From the NCBI GenBank assembly GCA_965153455.1, contig OZ234493.1, positions 35,640,213 through 35,704,212 on the forward strand: a stretch of 64,000 nt of DNA, given 5' to 3'. The notes under the pieces were generated by a model that had not been told where the DNA came from, made no database searches, and saw only the letters and a list, made by a program, of their open reading frames with translations. How positions within the stretch are numbered: the stretch's first letter is position 1; every line of letters starts with the position of its first letter. Of the stretch, positions 38,812 through 53,689 are shown in pieces. The stretch is from Sphagnum compactum (Eukaryota). The translations under genes and the position numbers were made by a program.

Positions 38812-41303
38812 CATTAGAAGAAAACTATCATTTTGCAACTGTCATATGCAACTAATTTTTAGTTGCATGTGACACATGCAACTGATTTTTGGTTTAGTTG
38901 CATAAAACAAGTCACATGCGACATTTAGTTGCATGCAACATATTGTACATACGACATACATATAGTATGTTTATATTTTTCATCCATTCATATTCATACA
39001 ACAATTTGCATATGCAATTCATTATTACAAAATGTGGGTGCAATTCACTAATCCTCGTTCACTAGATTAGTGAATTCATTATATCCCCATTAGGTCCTGT
39101 TCACTATAACTAGTGAATTCACTGAAAATTGAATGAAATCACTTGGCATATAAGGACATCTTTTATTATAGTGACTACACGTGCAACTAAATGATTTTTT
39201 TTATGACACATGTTCATTTAAAATTCAATCATTTAATGACAAGTGACATTTGAAGCCCATTTCACATTTATTATTCAAATTAATTAAACAAATCTAGGTC
39301 GTTTGATATAAGGTTTATAAAATGTTGACATGTGGCACCTAAATAAGTAAGTAAATAAATAAATAGGCCTAGGTAGGTGGGTAGGTGGCCTAAATAAGTG
39401 GGCTAACAAATGAGTGGGCCTGAGTAGTTATGTGTCTTAATTCAAAAGGTAAATTTACAACTTTTTATTAAAGAAAATTTGGGTTTAACATGTAAGGTCA
39501 AACATTATTTTTCATTCATCTCAATTACCACTTGTTCTTTGAAGTAAGGCACTGGGACATAAATAGTTTACAAGCTTCAAAACTATGACAACCAGTATGG
39601 GATAAAGATTATAGTTACATTTTAGTTGCAATTTGGTTTAGGTTAATAAAACCAGTTTGTGATTTGAAGCTCAAGCTTTTTGGTCATTATCTATTGTCTT
39701 TGAGCCTCAAAAAGATTTTGTATTTTTACATCTAATGCATCCAAAGCCACATAAATCATTCAAATTGGTTTTGAATTGAACAAAATATGTTTTTATGAAA
39801 TGAAGGGGGTCATGTTTGGTTTAAGTTGATAAAACCAATTTACAATTTGAAGCTCAAGATATTTGGTCATTGGTTTGTTGTCTTTGAACCTCAAAAAGAT
39901 TTTGTATTTCTACACCTAACACATCCAAAATTATGAAAATCACTTAAATTGGTTTTGAAATGAGCAAGATATCTTCGTCTGAAGTGAAGGGGGTCTTTCT
40001 TTGGTTTACATTAATAAAACCAGTTTGTGATTTGAAGTTCATGATTTTTGGTCATTGCTTTGGGTGTAAGCAAGGTATTTTGTACATATTTACCACCTTG
40101 TTTTCTACTTGAAAACACCCAAAAAATGGTTTTAAAAACTTATAACCTTCATCTAGCATTCCAACACAAATGAAATTTTTAGTTTTTTTCATGGGCATCT
40201 CTAACCTCCTTCTAACTTCTCAAAGCAATTTGTGTCATATTGTTTAGATTTGAAAAAGTACCCCAAAAGTATCCCCAACAATTTTGTCATTTTTTAAAGG
40301 TTGGGGATGATTTTAGTTATGAAAACAAATTCCATCTACCAAAAAATATATATTGGAATATTCACCACATCAATATTGAGGTGCATATAAAAAAACCAAA
40401 CATTTGCAAAAATAATTTTCCTAGTTTCAAATACTTGAATTTTATTTTTAGTTCCAATTCAGTACTTGCAAGTAATGTTAAAAAAACATGATAATAACAA
40501 TTTAACTTTTCAAATTCATGCAAACACAAGTTAAGAAATAATGTACCAAAAATTAATGTTATTATCTTTATAAAATCATCTATTTATTAATCCTTTTCTA
40601 TAGGGACCCCATAATTTTTTCTTACACTAATTTTTTTGGTATACTTTATCATGTTTTCATCCCTTTGTTATCTTTGAACCTCAAAAAGATTTTGTAATTG
40701 CACACTTAGTGCATTCAAGCCACAAAAATCACTTGAAATGAACAAGATATGGTTTTCTAAAAAGAATGGGGTCATTGTTTTATTGTTTTTGAGCTTCAAA
40801 ACGATTTTGTAGTTGTACACTTAGCGCATTCAAAGACACAAAAATCACTTAAATCAGTTTTGAAATGAGCAAAATATGTTTTTCTGAAGTGAAGGTGGTC
40901 ATTATTCTATGTTTTTGAGCTTCAAAACAATTTTGTAGTCATACATTTAGCGCATTCAAAGCCACAAAAATCACTCAAATTAGTTTTGAAATGAATAAGA
41001 TATGTTTTTTTGAAGTGAAAGGGTAATTGTTTAGTTTAAGCAACCAAATTGAATTTTGGAGCTCAAGTTTTTTTGTAATGTATTTGTATAAAATCAAATG
41101 TATATTGTATGTATAATAACATATAATCAAAATGTAAAACTCATCCATTTTGAAGGATGAAGGAAAAACCAATTGCAACATAGTTACAAAAATGACCGAA
41201 AATCATCTAAAATTCAAATGTAGTTGCACACACAACCACTTGAATTGTGTGTGACAACCAATTGCAAATGGATTGGTTGCAAAAAACATGATTTCTTCTA
41301 GTG
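38812..41303. mobile_element. Non-autonomous CACTA (En/Spm) element, ~2.5 kb
   Basis: Left end CATTAGAAGAAA..TTTTGCAACT and right end GTTGCAAAA..TTTCTTCTAGTG (reverse complement CACTAGAAGAAA). 3-bp TSD ATA at 38809-38811 and 41304-41306. Subterminal GTTGCA/TGCAAC repeats and internal tandem repeats at ~39630-40060 and ~40660-41070. Confidence 0.8.
39020..39173. mobile_element. Second copy of the 154-bp mini-CACTA, nested in the 38812-41303 element
   Basis: Same length as and colinear with 44468-44621. Ends are CATTATTACAAAA / TTTTATTATAGTG and flanks are ATT/ACT (near-TSD). Confidence 0.75.
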
Positions 41304-44300
41304 ATAGTTCAAAATTTCAGTTTAATATTTGGAATATGCAATTGTAATTAAAGATGCATATAATTTAACAAACAACTATAGTTTAAAACAAGTAAAAAAA
41401 CTTCAACAAAGTTTTGGAATGATAATGAAATGCCTCCACCATTCATTAAATATTCCATTAAAGATGAGCTTCTTTTGCAATAATTCATGCATGCCCAATG
41501 TATTATGTAAATAAAATTTCAAAAAAAAACAATAAAATAGGCTTTCAAAAAAAAACCAAAAAATGAAAGACAAGAAAACAAGCTTTCAAAAAGAAAAAAG
41601 AAAAGCCAATAAAACAAGCTTTCAAGGAAAATAAGAAAAGATTAAGCTTTAAAGAAAAGAAGAAAGAATAATAAAACAAGTTTTCAAGAATTTTTTTTTT
41701 AATCTCTTTTTTTTTTTTAAAAACAAGAAAAAAACTTTCAAGAAGAAAAAAGGAAGAGTAAGAAAAAACAAAAAAAATTAGAAGGGAAAAAAACAATGAT
41801 AAATAAAAACAGTAAGGAGGGGTAGGTAGGGGGGCGGGGGGTAAATCTTGTTGTACATTTATCTCGTGTTGGGTTTCTTAATTATTCTTGTGCATAAACT
41901 TTTAAAAGCTCAAACATCCACTTCAAATTTTCAATCTCATTTGTGAAAACACAATTTTTTGACTTGGACACATTTGTGCAAAAACTTGCAAAAACTCGAG
42001 CTTGGATGTTTTGGCTTTCCAATCACATATGCAAATTGTAAACACGTACTGGTTTCTAGATTATTTTGTGCATAAACTAGGGTTGTTGTTTTCTAAATAA
42101 ATAAAATGGTTGTTGTTTTTTAAGCTCATAATATAGTTGCTCTTTGCATTTGCTAAACCCATAAACCCATAAATACGGTTGTTATTTTCTTACATTTGTT
42201 AAATGTGATGAACTTACTCATTGTGTTCATTAACTCCATGTGTTGGCAATTTGGCTAAGGGCATAAACATGGTAATGTATGCTAGTCAAAAACATTTGTT
42301 GGTTTTTGGAAAGTATCCATAAAGTATATTTTAATATATTGAATCCATAAATATTATTTAATTCAATGATCAACAATATGAAGTTCTTTGACTTCATTGC
42401 ATAATATTGAAGAACCACATGTTTTCATATGCATTTAAATACATTTTTTGAGATGTAAATACTACAAGGGCATATTCACAATCAGGGTACCACTTTTTCA
42501 CCACAAGACTCAAGTATTTTGTTTTTGCTATCTTCCAATACAAAATCTAAATGGAATAAATTTAAATGAGAGATATTGGATAATTCAAATTATGATAATT
42601 TTCATGGTGGTGGTGGTTTTTCACATGTGTATGTAATTATGCACAAATATATTTGTTAATATAAAACTTAAATGAATGCATAAGTTTTAATATACAACTT
42701 AACATGTTTCCTTGCATGAAAATTTCCTACATTTTTTGCCAGCACATTGGGCCACAAATTCTAAACCTAATGAATAGAAAAAATCAACCAAATGGAAAAA
42801 ACAAAATCATTTTGCTTCTAGCCCTTTCAAAATGGATTTTGTAGCGTTCAAAATTCTTATATCCTACATTATTTAATCAAATGCATTATATGAACATTGC
42901 CAAACATAGATGTATGCATTACTTATCCATGAAAGAAAACTAAAGTCAATTGCATTATTTAATACATTCCTTTCGATTCCTTTAATATGAAAATTACAAT
43001 TAAGACAAGGATTCAAATTGTTTAAAAAGACTCAAAAGGACATCAATATTATATCCAATCTATTCTTGGTGTTTTTTGTTAGATTGACATGACATCATTC
43101 TAGTAATAGTCATATAAAATTCACTATAATCATGAAATAATAAATGTAATAAAAATCCAAAATAGTCCTTTGAAGTCCTTTTTTTTTGTTAAATTGTCCT
43201 TTTGGGTACCTTGATTGTGAATATGCCGAGAAAATATGTTTCATAGTTCAACAAAATAAAATTACAAATACATGAAAAAAAGACATCAAGTATAATAATT
43301 ATTACCCCAAGCTAATGGATGCACATGCAAAGATTTTGGGTGCACCCATCCAATTGATGGGTTGTTTTAAAATCTACCCATTTATTTGTTGGGTTTTTCC
43401 TCAAAATATGAATGTTGGGTAATTGTTTTAATCAAGCCTCTATATCTCTTTTTTTTGGGTTGTCACTTGCCTTTTTGTATCATGAGATTGATGCAGTTTT
43501 TTCTTATCAAGAATGACACGAGTTTTTGTTGTGTGTTTTTGCTTTAATCTTGTTTCATTGACATGGCAGGCTGATTATGCAAAGGGTTTCTTGACAACTC
43601 ATCACTCAAACATTTGCTGATAACATCAACAAAACTAGCTAAGGTTTGGATCTTAGATTTATTTCATTAGTACAAGCTTTTAATTAGCTCATCCATTTGG
43701 TTCATGCACTTTGAATGTTTAAAATGCAAACCATGTAAAGTTTGTAGATCTTTAGTTGGCGCACCCATAGGTTTTTATATCATTCAAAATGGATGAAAAG
43801 TGAAAAAGATATGGGGTTTGAAATTAGAGAAGGTCTAGAGTTTTATCTTCAAAAAATGTGAAACAAAATATCACAATTTTTTCTTTCCTTCTTGTGTTTT
43901 CTTCCTTTCTCCAAGTTGTTTTTGGTATTTAAAAAATATTTATAGTCCTCCAATTTGCACTTCCAATGATATGAAAATTGCCCAATTCGGTTAAAAGATG
44001 AAGAAAATATGGGATTTGAAATTAGAGAGGGTAGATTAAAGCTTTTTTTTCAAAAACTTTTAAACGAAATATCACAGTCCTTTCCATTATCTTCTTTTTT
44101 CTTCTTCCTTGTTCCTTTTCTTTTAATGTTTAAAGAACATTTGTAGTCTTCCAATTTGCATTTCCAATGACATAAAAATTGCTCAATTTGGTTTAAGGAT
44201 GAAGAAGATACTATAAAGTGTTATGTGTAGGCTTGTGTTTAGTGTTGGGTGGTTCTATCATATCACATCCTTTGTCTCATGTAGAAAAACATTGTCGCAT

Positions 44301-44467
44301 ATTACACAATAAAACACTTATTTAGTTATTACCTACTACCTACTACTTAACATATCTAATAAATTAATTACATAGCCTACCTAGAATTAAGTAATAATTA
44401 ATATAAAAACACTATCACATATCAACACAATAAAATGTTTACTACATATGTAGTCCAAATAAATATT

Positions 44468-44621
44468 CACTACTACAAAATGTGGGTGTAGTTCACTAGT
44501 CCCCATTTACTAGACCAATGAATTCATTGCTTCTTCACTGGTCCCCGGTCACTACAACCAGTGAATTCACTCAAAATCTAGTGAAATCACTTGGCATACA
44601 GGGACACCTTTTGTTGTAGTG
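44468..44621. mobile_element. 154-bp mini-CACTA element
   Basis: TIRs CACTACTACAAAA / TTTTGTTGTAGTG (one mismatch) and a perfect 3-bp TSD ATT at 44465-44467 and 44622-44624. Confidence 0.85.
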
Positions 44622-45869
44622 ATTATTTACTACATATCCTACTTACTAAAGTTATTACTTATAACCTATTACTTAACTTACATAATTAATCGATTACCCT
44701 ACTACCTAACCTATTTAATAAATTAATTACATGGCCAAATGCACTTGACTAATGATTTTTGTGTGGAATTTGTAGTGATTTAATATCCAAAACAATCGTC
44801 ATTATAACCAACCTTTTTTCTCCTAACTCTACATATATAACCCCTAGTTAAATTAAAATTTAAAGGTGTTAACATTAGTTTTTTTGGAGATTTTCAATAA
44901 CTGAAATTTGATTGATATTTTTAAAAAGTCATTAGATTTTTATACATGGTTCAAATAGGTAGCCAAAAATATAAAGATGTTTAAAAATTTATTTTCATTA
45001 TGACTTTAAATAACCAAATTTAACTAATTTATCTTTTTGTGGAACAATAGTATTTTAGCTCCAACACAAAATTAACAACTTGAAATGAAGTGCACTTTCA
45101 AGTAAAGTGTAAAAACCTTATCCAACTTAAATGGCAATTGTAATGATTGTTTAGATTCAATCAAAATAACTTTAAAAAAATCAAATCACTAATCCAACAA
45201 TTTGTTTTAATGTTTTAAAAGAATCATGTTCACACCTACACAAAACTTTATTATGCTAAAAATTGCAAATTATGGTGAATCATTTCTACCATCTTGATTG
45301 GTCTAGGATGAAATTTTCACAAACCTACAAAACCTTGTTACTCATCTAACATTTAGTTCATTCAAAAACACTAAGGAAAAAATGTAAACTTTTAAATCTT
45401 GTAATTTCATTTGTCAACTCTTTTTTTTTTCACATTTCATTACTTGTATATTTATAACTAAGATCTATAATCGCAATTCAAGTTGAATAAAATGCCATGT
45501 GGCATCTAATGGTCCATGAACCACACCATGAATCGCAAAAATAACTACATTTTCATCTTTTTTTTCCCAACCACTAAAAATGGATGATATATGTGCACTT
45601 TTCATCTTCATTTTCATCCAAATTGATATTATGTTTAACCCATAGTTGCATGTGCAATTTTAAATCACTTTGTAGTTGAATATGCAACTATAAATCGTTT
45701 GAATTACCATGTGCCATGGAGGATAATCGTATGGATAGTTGCAAAAATGATTGATTTGGACACAAGCTGCAAACAAATGGGTTGGAATGGATATGATTAT
45801 TTGTAGTGTTTGAAGTTCATATATGGTTTTGTGGAGTTTAATTATGATTCCTATATATTTTTTGAAAAT

Positions 45870-46811
45870 TCTCATGAAGATTAGATTTGCATCCAAGGTT
45901 GTCTTGTTTTAGGAGACACTTGTTAATGCCATTAACATATGTTACCCACATCAAGTAAATGTTTGTAAGCTTTTATCATATGCATTGGAAGCTACAATGA
46001 AAATAATTATGTGCATGCAAAAATAGTGTGTTGCAAGAAATGTCATTTAGCCACCATTGCAGTGTGGTACATTCAAATAAGAATTGACCATGTTGTAATG
46101 TCGCATGGCTATTGAGGTATTGAAAGTACTACAACCATTCCTTTCACTTGTGCCCACTTTTTCACGAAAGAAAACACACAACATAATTGCTTTAATGCTT
46201 GATTTGAGGTTCAAAGGGTTGTAAATTGTGACCAAATACTTCAATAGTTCAAACATTCTTCTAGAGATGGTGGATGAGTATGACTAGAAATTTTTGTTTC
46301 TTTTTTTTAACTAAAGCCTACAAACATTTACATTTTGAAAGGCACCAAACGCCTCCCCAAGAAGCAACCTCATTAGAAGATTCATTGTTTGGTGTTTATG
46401 CCACCATTGAAGAAACAAGTGAAAGTTTGTTGGCATTTAAACTTTCATTTTTTTTTCATACATATTTCAACATTGTTGAGATTGCAAGTCCACTCTCGTG
46501 GTGGAAAGCTCATGAACCACAATTATCACATGTTGGGTATTTAACACAACAAATTCTTGGTATTGTAGGTTTTTAAATTGAAATTGAAAACTAATATGGT
46601 GAATATTTTTATTAGTTTGAGAAAATGTTGATTAAGGATAGAAAATTTCGAAAAATTGGTGTTCATTTACAAAAATTGGCCCAATGATGCAAGATTAAAT
46701 TACAAAATGGTGGAAGGATATGTTTCATATTTTTTTGCAGTTGAGGATGCTTTCGTGGATGATAATAGACAACTATTGGTTGATGTAGGATATTATGAAG
46801 ATGCATGGTGA
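45870..46811 (+). mobile_element. Degenerate hAT transposase C-terminus (dimerisation domain)
   Basis: Across frameshifts and stops it reads LMLDLRFKGL, SLFG, SPLSWWKAHEPQLSHVGYLTQQILGIVG, IEIE, SLRKC.LRIENFEKLVFIYKNWPNDAR. Confidence 0.7.
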
Positions 46812-49800
46812 ATTTTCATAACATGGTTATTTTATTTATGTATTTGAACAAGTCTAAAAGATTTATGTAATTAACTTCTAACATGTGTCTTGTTTTGTTT
46901 TAAATGTTTTGAAATTTCTTTCAAGTTGCAACATTAAGGTCTGAAGAAGAATTGGCTCTTAATAGTTTTCAATTAAAATGCATTGTTATCATGGTTGATG
47001 TTGTCCAAATGGAATGAATTTGAATAGTTTAACTCTTAGTAGTTTATCTTCTAGATCTATGTATTATTCTCATGGCCACATTGTTGGAATGAAATGAATT
47101 TGAGCATTTTGGCATGAGAATCATTTTTGCTTTTGTGAACAAAGTAAACATTTCTTGGCCCCACCGTTTCTTGCCCCTCGTGAGAAGTGTTCACAAGGGC
47201 TTTAGATTTTTGTGAAGCTAAAGATGCCCATAAGTTGGATTTTTGTCAAACACGTTAGGGTAAATTAATTTGTTCTTATGTATTCAAAATATATTCTTCC
47301 AACAAAGTGCTCATGTGCAACCTAATAAATGCACCCCTATGGCTTGGCTGAAAGATAATTATTTTCATTTCAAATAGGCTTACATTCATTTTAAAAAAAG
47401 AATACTCGATACCAAGTGCATATATGATACTACTTGTCATGTTTTGGGGCATTCATACCCATACCCGGGATCCCATTAAAACATGCCAGTCATTATTCAT
47501 ACCCACCTAATACATAAACTCCAAAAGAAATTTGACATTCATATTTCAAAAAAAATAATAATCCCATAATGTGACAACGTTGGGCCACGTTTTGACCTGT
47601 CACATTGGCTTTCTTTCTGTCACCAGGATGCAAAAATTCCCCAAAATAGGTATATGATATATTAGAGTTATCCGTACAGTAAGGGAAACAAAACACCAGA
47701 ACCCCCAGTTTGGTCATACATACAAGGAGGCCCAAAGATAGGGTGAAGACTTTATGGATAACTCTATTATACCAGCTGGTATTATTACCTCAGGTCCATA
47801 CTAGGCTGGTACAAGGCTGATAGATACTGCCATAGAGGTGATACCAGCCTGGTAAGGTCCTTGACACCAATGTTGATGAGACGCATGTCAACACCAGGCA
47901 CATGCTTGGATGCCAGATCGACACTACAGTACTACTATGGTGGTAACTACTAACTACTTACTACCTCTTTAGCTTTTTCTTTTTTGGGCTACTGAATTAC
48001 TTTATGAGGGGCAATAAGAACAAACAGGGTATGAGTTGTAGCTGTCCTGCTCACAACCAATAGGTGAATGCCACGTCGGAAAATAGTCTCAAAACCTGAC
48101 TCTGGTTTCAGCGTTAGGTTCTGGAGAGAGAGAATGTAGTGACTAAACAAATAATTCTGGGTTTCTGGAGAGGGAGAGGGGGGTTGGGGGGGAACTTGAA
48201 TGGAGTTCTTTGAAAAAGGGAAGTCATGGGACTCATTATTGTTATACAAACAAACTCAAGTCTCATCAAATGTGTCAAACAAAAACAGATGACAAAGGCT
48301 AGTAAATAGGCACCTGGTGTGAGTTTTATCACAATTTAATGCTTGCAGGTAACCTAGACTTGAAGTTCAATGTTGGACTCTGCAGATTGATGATTAATAG
48401 TCCTTAGTAGTAGTCCCCAGATGGCTGGCTATTCAGTGTGTCAGATTGTAACTACAATTTTAGCTTTTCAGTTAGCTTTTCAGAACAGGTCACTTCTTTG
48501 TGACTTATATAATATACAAAGTGTTGCACAAGTAAAGCCCTGGCTGTAAAATAGGAAGGTAGGGTGTTCTTTGCAAAGGGGTAATTAGCCCAAGCCAAAA
48601 ATGGTGACAAACTCTTCTTTTGGGAAGAGAAATTTCATGCAGCCATGGGAAGGCCCAAGCATTGCACTCAAGGTGCCTTGCTTTTGTCCCTTTAAGGTTG
48701 GGGGGAGGGGGAGAGGCCCGGGACTTTTTTCCCTGGTTCCCAATGTGTTCCCACTATGTTCCGTTTAAGGGTTCCCATCAGGTTCTCAATATGTTCCCCA
48801 ACATGTGCTCCATAGCACCTCACTTTTATCCCATATGCTTTGGCAAATGTTGTCCTCCTTTTTCACCTACATATGTGGGCCAAAGGGAAGGAACTCTAAA
48901 CTTCAAAATGGCACCTTCTATTTTGGGGAGCCTCCATAGTTTCAATTTTTTTGAGCGATGGGCCAATCAAGTTGGCTCGTTGCAAAAGTTAAGAATTGAA
49001 CTTGGGAGTCACCTCATCTGATTAATAGGAGAAAATAAATAAGGGGGTTTAGCTAGTAGCTATTACTTACACATTGAACTCTTACTTCACTCAAGATAAT
49101 TAGGAAAAAAAAGAAATTCAATCCACCAAATACATGCAATTTCATTGGTCATAACATTTTGTTTCCTTCACACCTACACACAAGCCCATTCAACACCCCC
49201 TTAATTTTAGCATACTGGTTAAATTTTGGCATGAGGTGGAGCTAACTTGGCTATTTTCAAAAAAAGTTGAAGAGTGGCTATGATGGCAACTTCTCATTTG
49301 TAAATGTTCACATAGTGGCTATAGTGGGAATAATCATAATTGAAAATAGTGGTGTGTTTTGGCAAGGGACTATATTTGGTGATGGCATGGGGTTATTGTC
49401 AAGGGAGTACATTTGGCTACATGGCACCTCATTCAAATACAATGATTCAAAATTCTTCCATGTATGACAAAACATATTTTGCACTTGCATATGGATGGAA
49501 GGAATTAATTGCACTATTTAATATTGACTCATGTAAATGCAATGATTCAAAGTCTTGCATTCAATCTCAAATCTCCTACATCAATGACAAAACACATTTT
49601 ATGCTTGCATATGGATGGAAGGAGTCGATTACACTATTATCACACTTAAATACAATGATTCAAATTCCTACACTCACACTTCTACATGAATGGAAAAACA
49701 CATTATAGTTTTGCATAAAGATGGAGGAATCAATTGCACCATTGCTTACAAACAAACGTGAATTTTGGACAATTGATGTTCATCATTGCCTTGTAAATAT

Positions 49801-50370
49801 AAATGTTACAAACATTAAATTCTTATGTGCTTATTGTCCAATGTATATTATTAGTATGATAGTATGAATCACAATGTAATCACCTTAATCTACGACACCA
49901 TAAACTTTCTCAATTTTCAAATTTGTTCATTTTGCAATTACCATAATCACACATCAACATTTAGGAGTTTCTACTACTTCCCCATATTCAATGTCCCTTA
50001 TCCAACACATAAAGGAGCAACAAAAGAAAAAAAAACAAAACCATACAAAACAACAATGAAGGAAAGCCTCTTTTTGCATTTCTTTTTCTTTGAGCTTTTG
50101 CTTCTTAAATTTTTTGTCATCTTTCCCTTCCTTTAATATAGAATGCCTACAAACAAAATCCACAAACAAAATAAACAAGATCAAAATGTTTCTCACAACT
50201 TTGAAAAGAAACACAACCACAAAAACCAAAGATAAATCAAATACCTTGTTAAGTATTATTTTTTCTTTGTTTTGATTTTGTAATTATCATCACACAATTC
50301 AAAAATCAGCTTTACATCACCTAGTCTAGAAACATTGTGATTCACTTTTAACATTCAATTTGCTATCAAA

Positions 50371-52490
50371 CACTACAAGGAATTCGCATATTAATGACTA
50401 GTTTTTTCAACTAATTTTCAATTATAAATGTTACATGTGACTACAATTTGCTTTAGTCACCATAAACAATTCGCATAAAATTTCAGTTGCCAAAGACAAT
50501 ATGTGGAACAATATGTGGCACCAAGCTACAATGATAGTCACATGAAGATGTGACTTACATGAACATTTCATCCATCCAAATTAGCTTACGTGGCGTTGTC
50601 ATTTTGCAACTATTTTTATGATTAAACAATGTAATTGCATTAATTATATAGATATTTTAAAATATTGAATATTTAAATATTAAAAATAAAATTATTATTT
50701 ATGTATTTATATATATTATATTATTCATAATTTCAACTTATAAATTGTTGACACGTGTCATTACGTAAGTTAGACTAAAAGCTTAGTTCAGGTTATTAAG
50801 TAGGCCACCTAGTCTACCTAATCTAGTAGGTTATGTACGGACCAAATATTCTGTCATCTTACCACCATTGACCACAACCCATGTCATTTGTGAGGATTGA
50901 TCCTTGGACCACAAGGATGCAAATCAACTCCTTTACCACCAAACTACTTCACTTTTTGAGACAATATGGCAATGTCCATTTTATTTAACATACTTCATTC
51001 AAAACATTACACAAAACATCATTTTCAATATTTGATATTTTGATATTTTGTCCAAATGACAAATGGCAAAGTTCAATCTTAAAGTTTTTTCAGTAATGTA
51101 GACAACTATGTATTTTTTCTTTCAAAAATGTAAACTAAATTGAAAAGAAAAACACTTGAATTTTGTTATTGAAAACCATTTCAATGACCATTCCTTGGAA
51201 GAAATTAATTCAAGCACATGATTTATGAACGGGAAAAAACTTCAAGTGGATAATATAATAACAAATAAAATTGTATATTTTGTATCTGAAAATTTCATTT
51301 TGATTCTAAAAATTACATTATACAATTTTACTTTTGCATATCATAATTTTAATAATACGCTTGAATTTAGATGTGTGATATATAATTTATTCACATAAAA
51401 TATTTATAAATGGATATCAATACATTATAATATAAATATACTAGAATATATTATATTAATTATATTATTTCTGATGTAAAATATTGATTTAAAATTTCGA
51501 TTTTGATTTTAAATATTAATTAATGCCATATAATTAATTGATTTTATGGAATTATAACTTTCTACTTTTACATTTATAATATATTAAGATTTAAGATCAT
51601 AAATGTAAAATATATTATATATATTTTATAATATATTATATTTTACCAGCTAAAATTAATTTAGGTATATGATATATAACTTAGTCACATAAAAGATTTA
51701 TGTATGGATCATAAATTAACCCTATTACCTAACTTAATAGCTAGATTAATTACATAGTCTACTTAATTAAGTAATTAATTTATACAAAAACATTATCACA
51801 TATTTATTACCCCTATTATTTATTACTTAACCCATGTACATACTTCCTACTATATATCCTACTTAATTATTATTATCTAGCTTAATTTATAAATAGACTA
51901 ATTCCATAGCCTACCTAATTAAAAAACTTTATGATATATCAATTGACATGATAAAATTTAATATTGGAAATTCCACATAAATCATTCATATTTACTATTG
52001 CCATGGGTTCTTTAAAGTTTCACAAAACTCCCAAACCTTACTACACATTTAATGGTTAATTCATTCAAAAAAGCTAAGGAAAAAAATTAGACCACAAAAT
52101 CAAACAACTTCATTGGCCAACAAATTTTTGTTACATTTCATTTCATGTACATTTGTAACTAGGATTTATAGTCATAAATTGAAGTTGAATAAGATGCCAC
52201 ATGGTGTGTAGTGGCTTATGAACCACATCCCAAGTTGCAAAAACAATTACATTTTCATCTATTTTGAAATGCTACTAAAAATAAATGATATACGTTCACT
52301 TTTCATCATCACTTTCATCCAAACAGACATTAGTCACAAGTCATAATTGCATATGTGACTAGAAACCACTTTTTAATTGTTTTTACAACTACAAGTCGTT
52401 TTCACCATGATGTCACAGAGGGTAGTTGCATCAATAGTTGAAAAAATGGTTGATTTGGACATAAGTTGCAAATGTGTGTGGGTTGGTATG
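50371..52490. mobile_element. Truncated non-autonomous CACTA-like element, related to ~44300-45808
   Basis: Begins CACTACAAG at 50371. Its distal part (~51700-52490) is colinear with ~44300-45790, and that copy ends TTGTAGTG at 45808. Neither copy shows both ends or a TSD. Confidence 0.5.
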
Positions 52491-53689
52491 GGCAAAATTC
52501 CCTATAATGAAATGTCACACCTATCACTCACTTTTGAATCAAGTAATGTTTAATCTCCAACAATATAATGTTAAGATTCCAAAACCTCAACAAGTTCCTT
52601 TTAACCTCTACATGAATTATTTACACAATGGCATACACATCACAAAAATTTATAATCACATTCACTTAATTAAATCATGGACAATAACACAATTGAAATT
52701 GAAGACCACGGGCATCAACAAATTCAACCATGAATAACAAATAAAAATTCAAATCTTACTTACGAAAAAGTTGCACAATATATTATTATCTAAATATATG
52801 TTTAAAGAACTTACCGCAAAATCTGTATTAGAATCTTCCAATAATAGGAGTCTTTACAATGTTTAATGAATGCCTTTAAATATTATATTATCAATAAATT
52901 TATTCCAAACCATACCACATGTTTCCATAATATATTAAAAACAATAGCATGAACGTTTTTGGACGACTTGCAACATTGGTATAATCTTTTACAATAAAAC
53001 ATGAAATATTAAACATTATTCACAACTATTGTGGCTATTATTAATGTGATTATACCCAATAAACATTAGGGGATAACTTAAATCAAGAAGATTTTAGCTT
53101 GCCACATTATCTTAACAAACATTCCCATTACTAAATTAAGCAATAAAAAATAGTACATGTCACAATAAGGTCACAATTTTAGGTTGACTCCTATTATGTT
53201 ATTTGCACCTTTAAGTGTTGTATAATACCTATACAAAAAATAACAAAGATTAATTTGAAAATGAAAAAAAAAAACACACACACACACACAACAAATTAAT
53301 GCAAATAGGAACTCAATTAATAAGTTCACACACAAAAATCTCTCCAACAATCCAAATTGTTTATTACATAACATATACACATTGAATGATAGTCACTTCG
53401 AATGAATTAATAAAGAAAACTTGAAATAATTTTTGAATCCCTTACAATTTACAAAGTTACAAACATCTATTTTTCATAAGTAAATAAAGTAATTTGGATT
53501 TTGCATCATGTAAATTGGTCACATTAATACACAAGAATAATGAACCTTAGGAGTTGATTGAAGCCATTATTGTTTTTTTCTTGTGTGTACCTCAACATTA
53601 ATCATTCAAACAAAATCATTCATCCAATGTTCACCCATAATTAATCATTCAAGTTTCAACTTTCCCTCAAGCTTAGAAATTAAAAACAA

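Noticed and set aside
48620-49021. 133-aa ORF
   Set aside because: No recognisable domain, it starts at a non-ATG codon, and the sequence looks like a low-complexity dispersed repeat (GTTCCC motifs).
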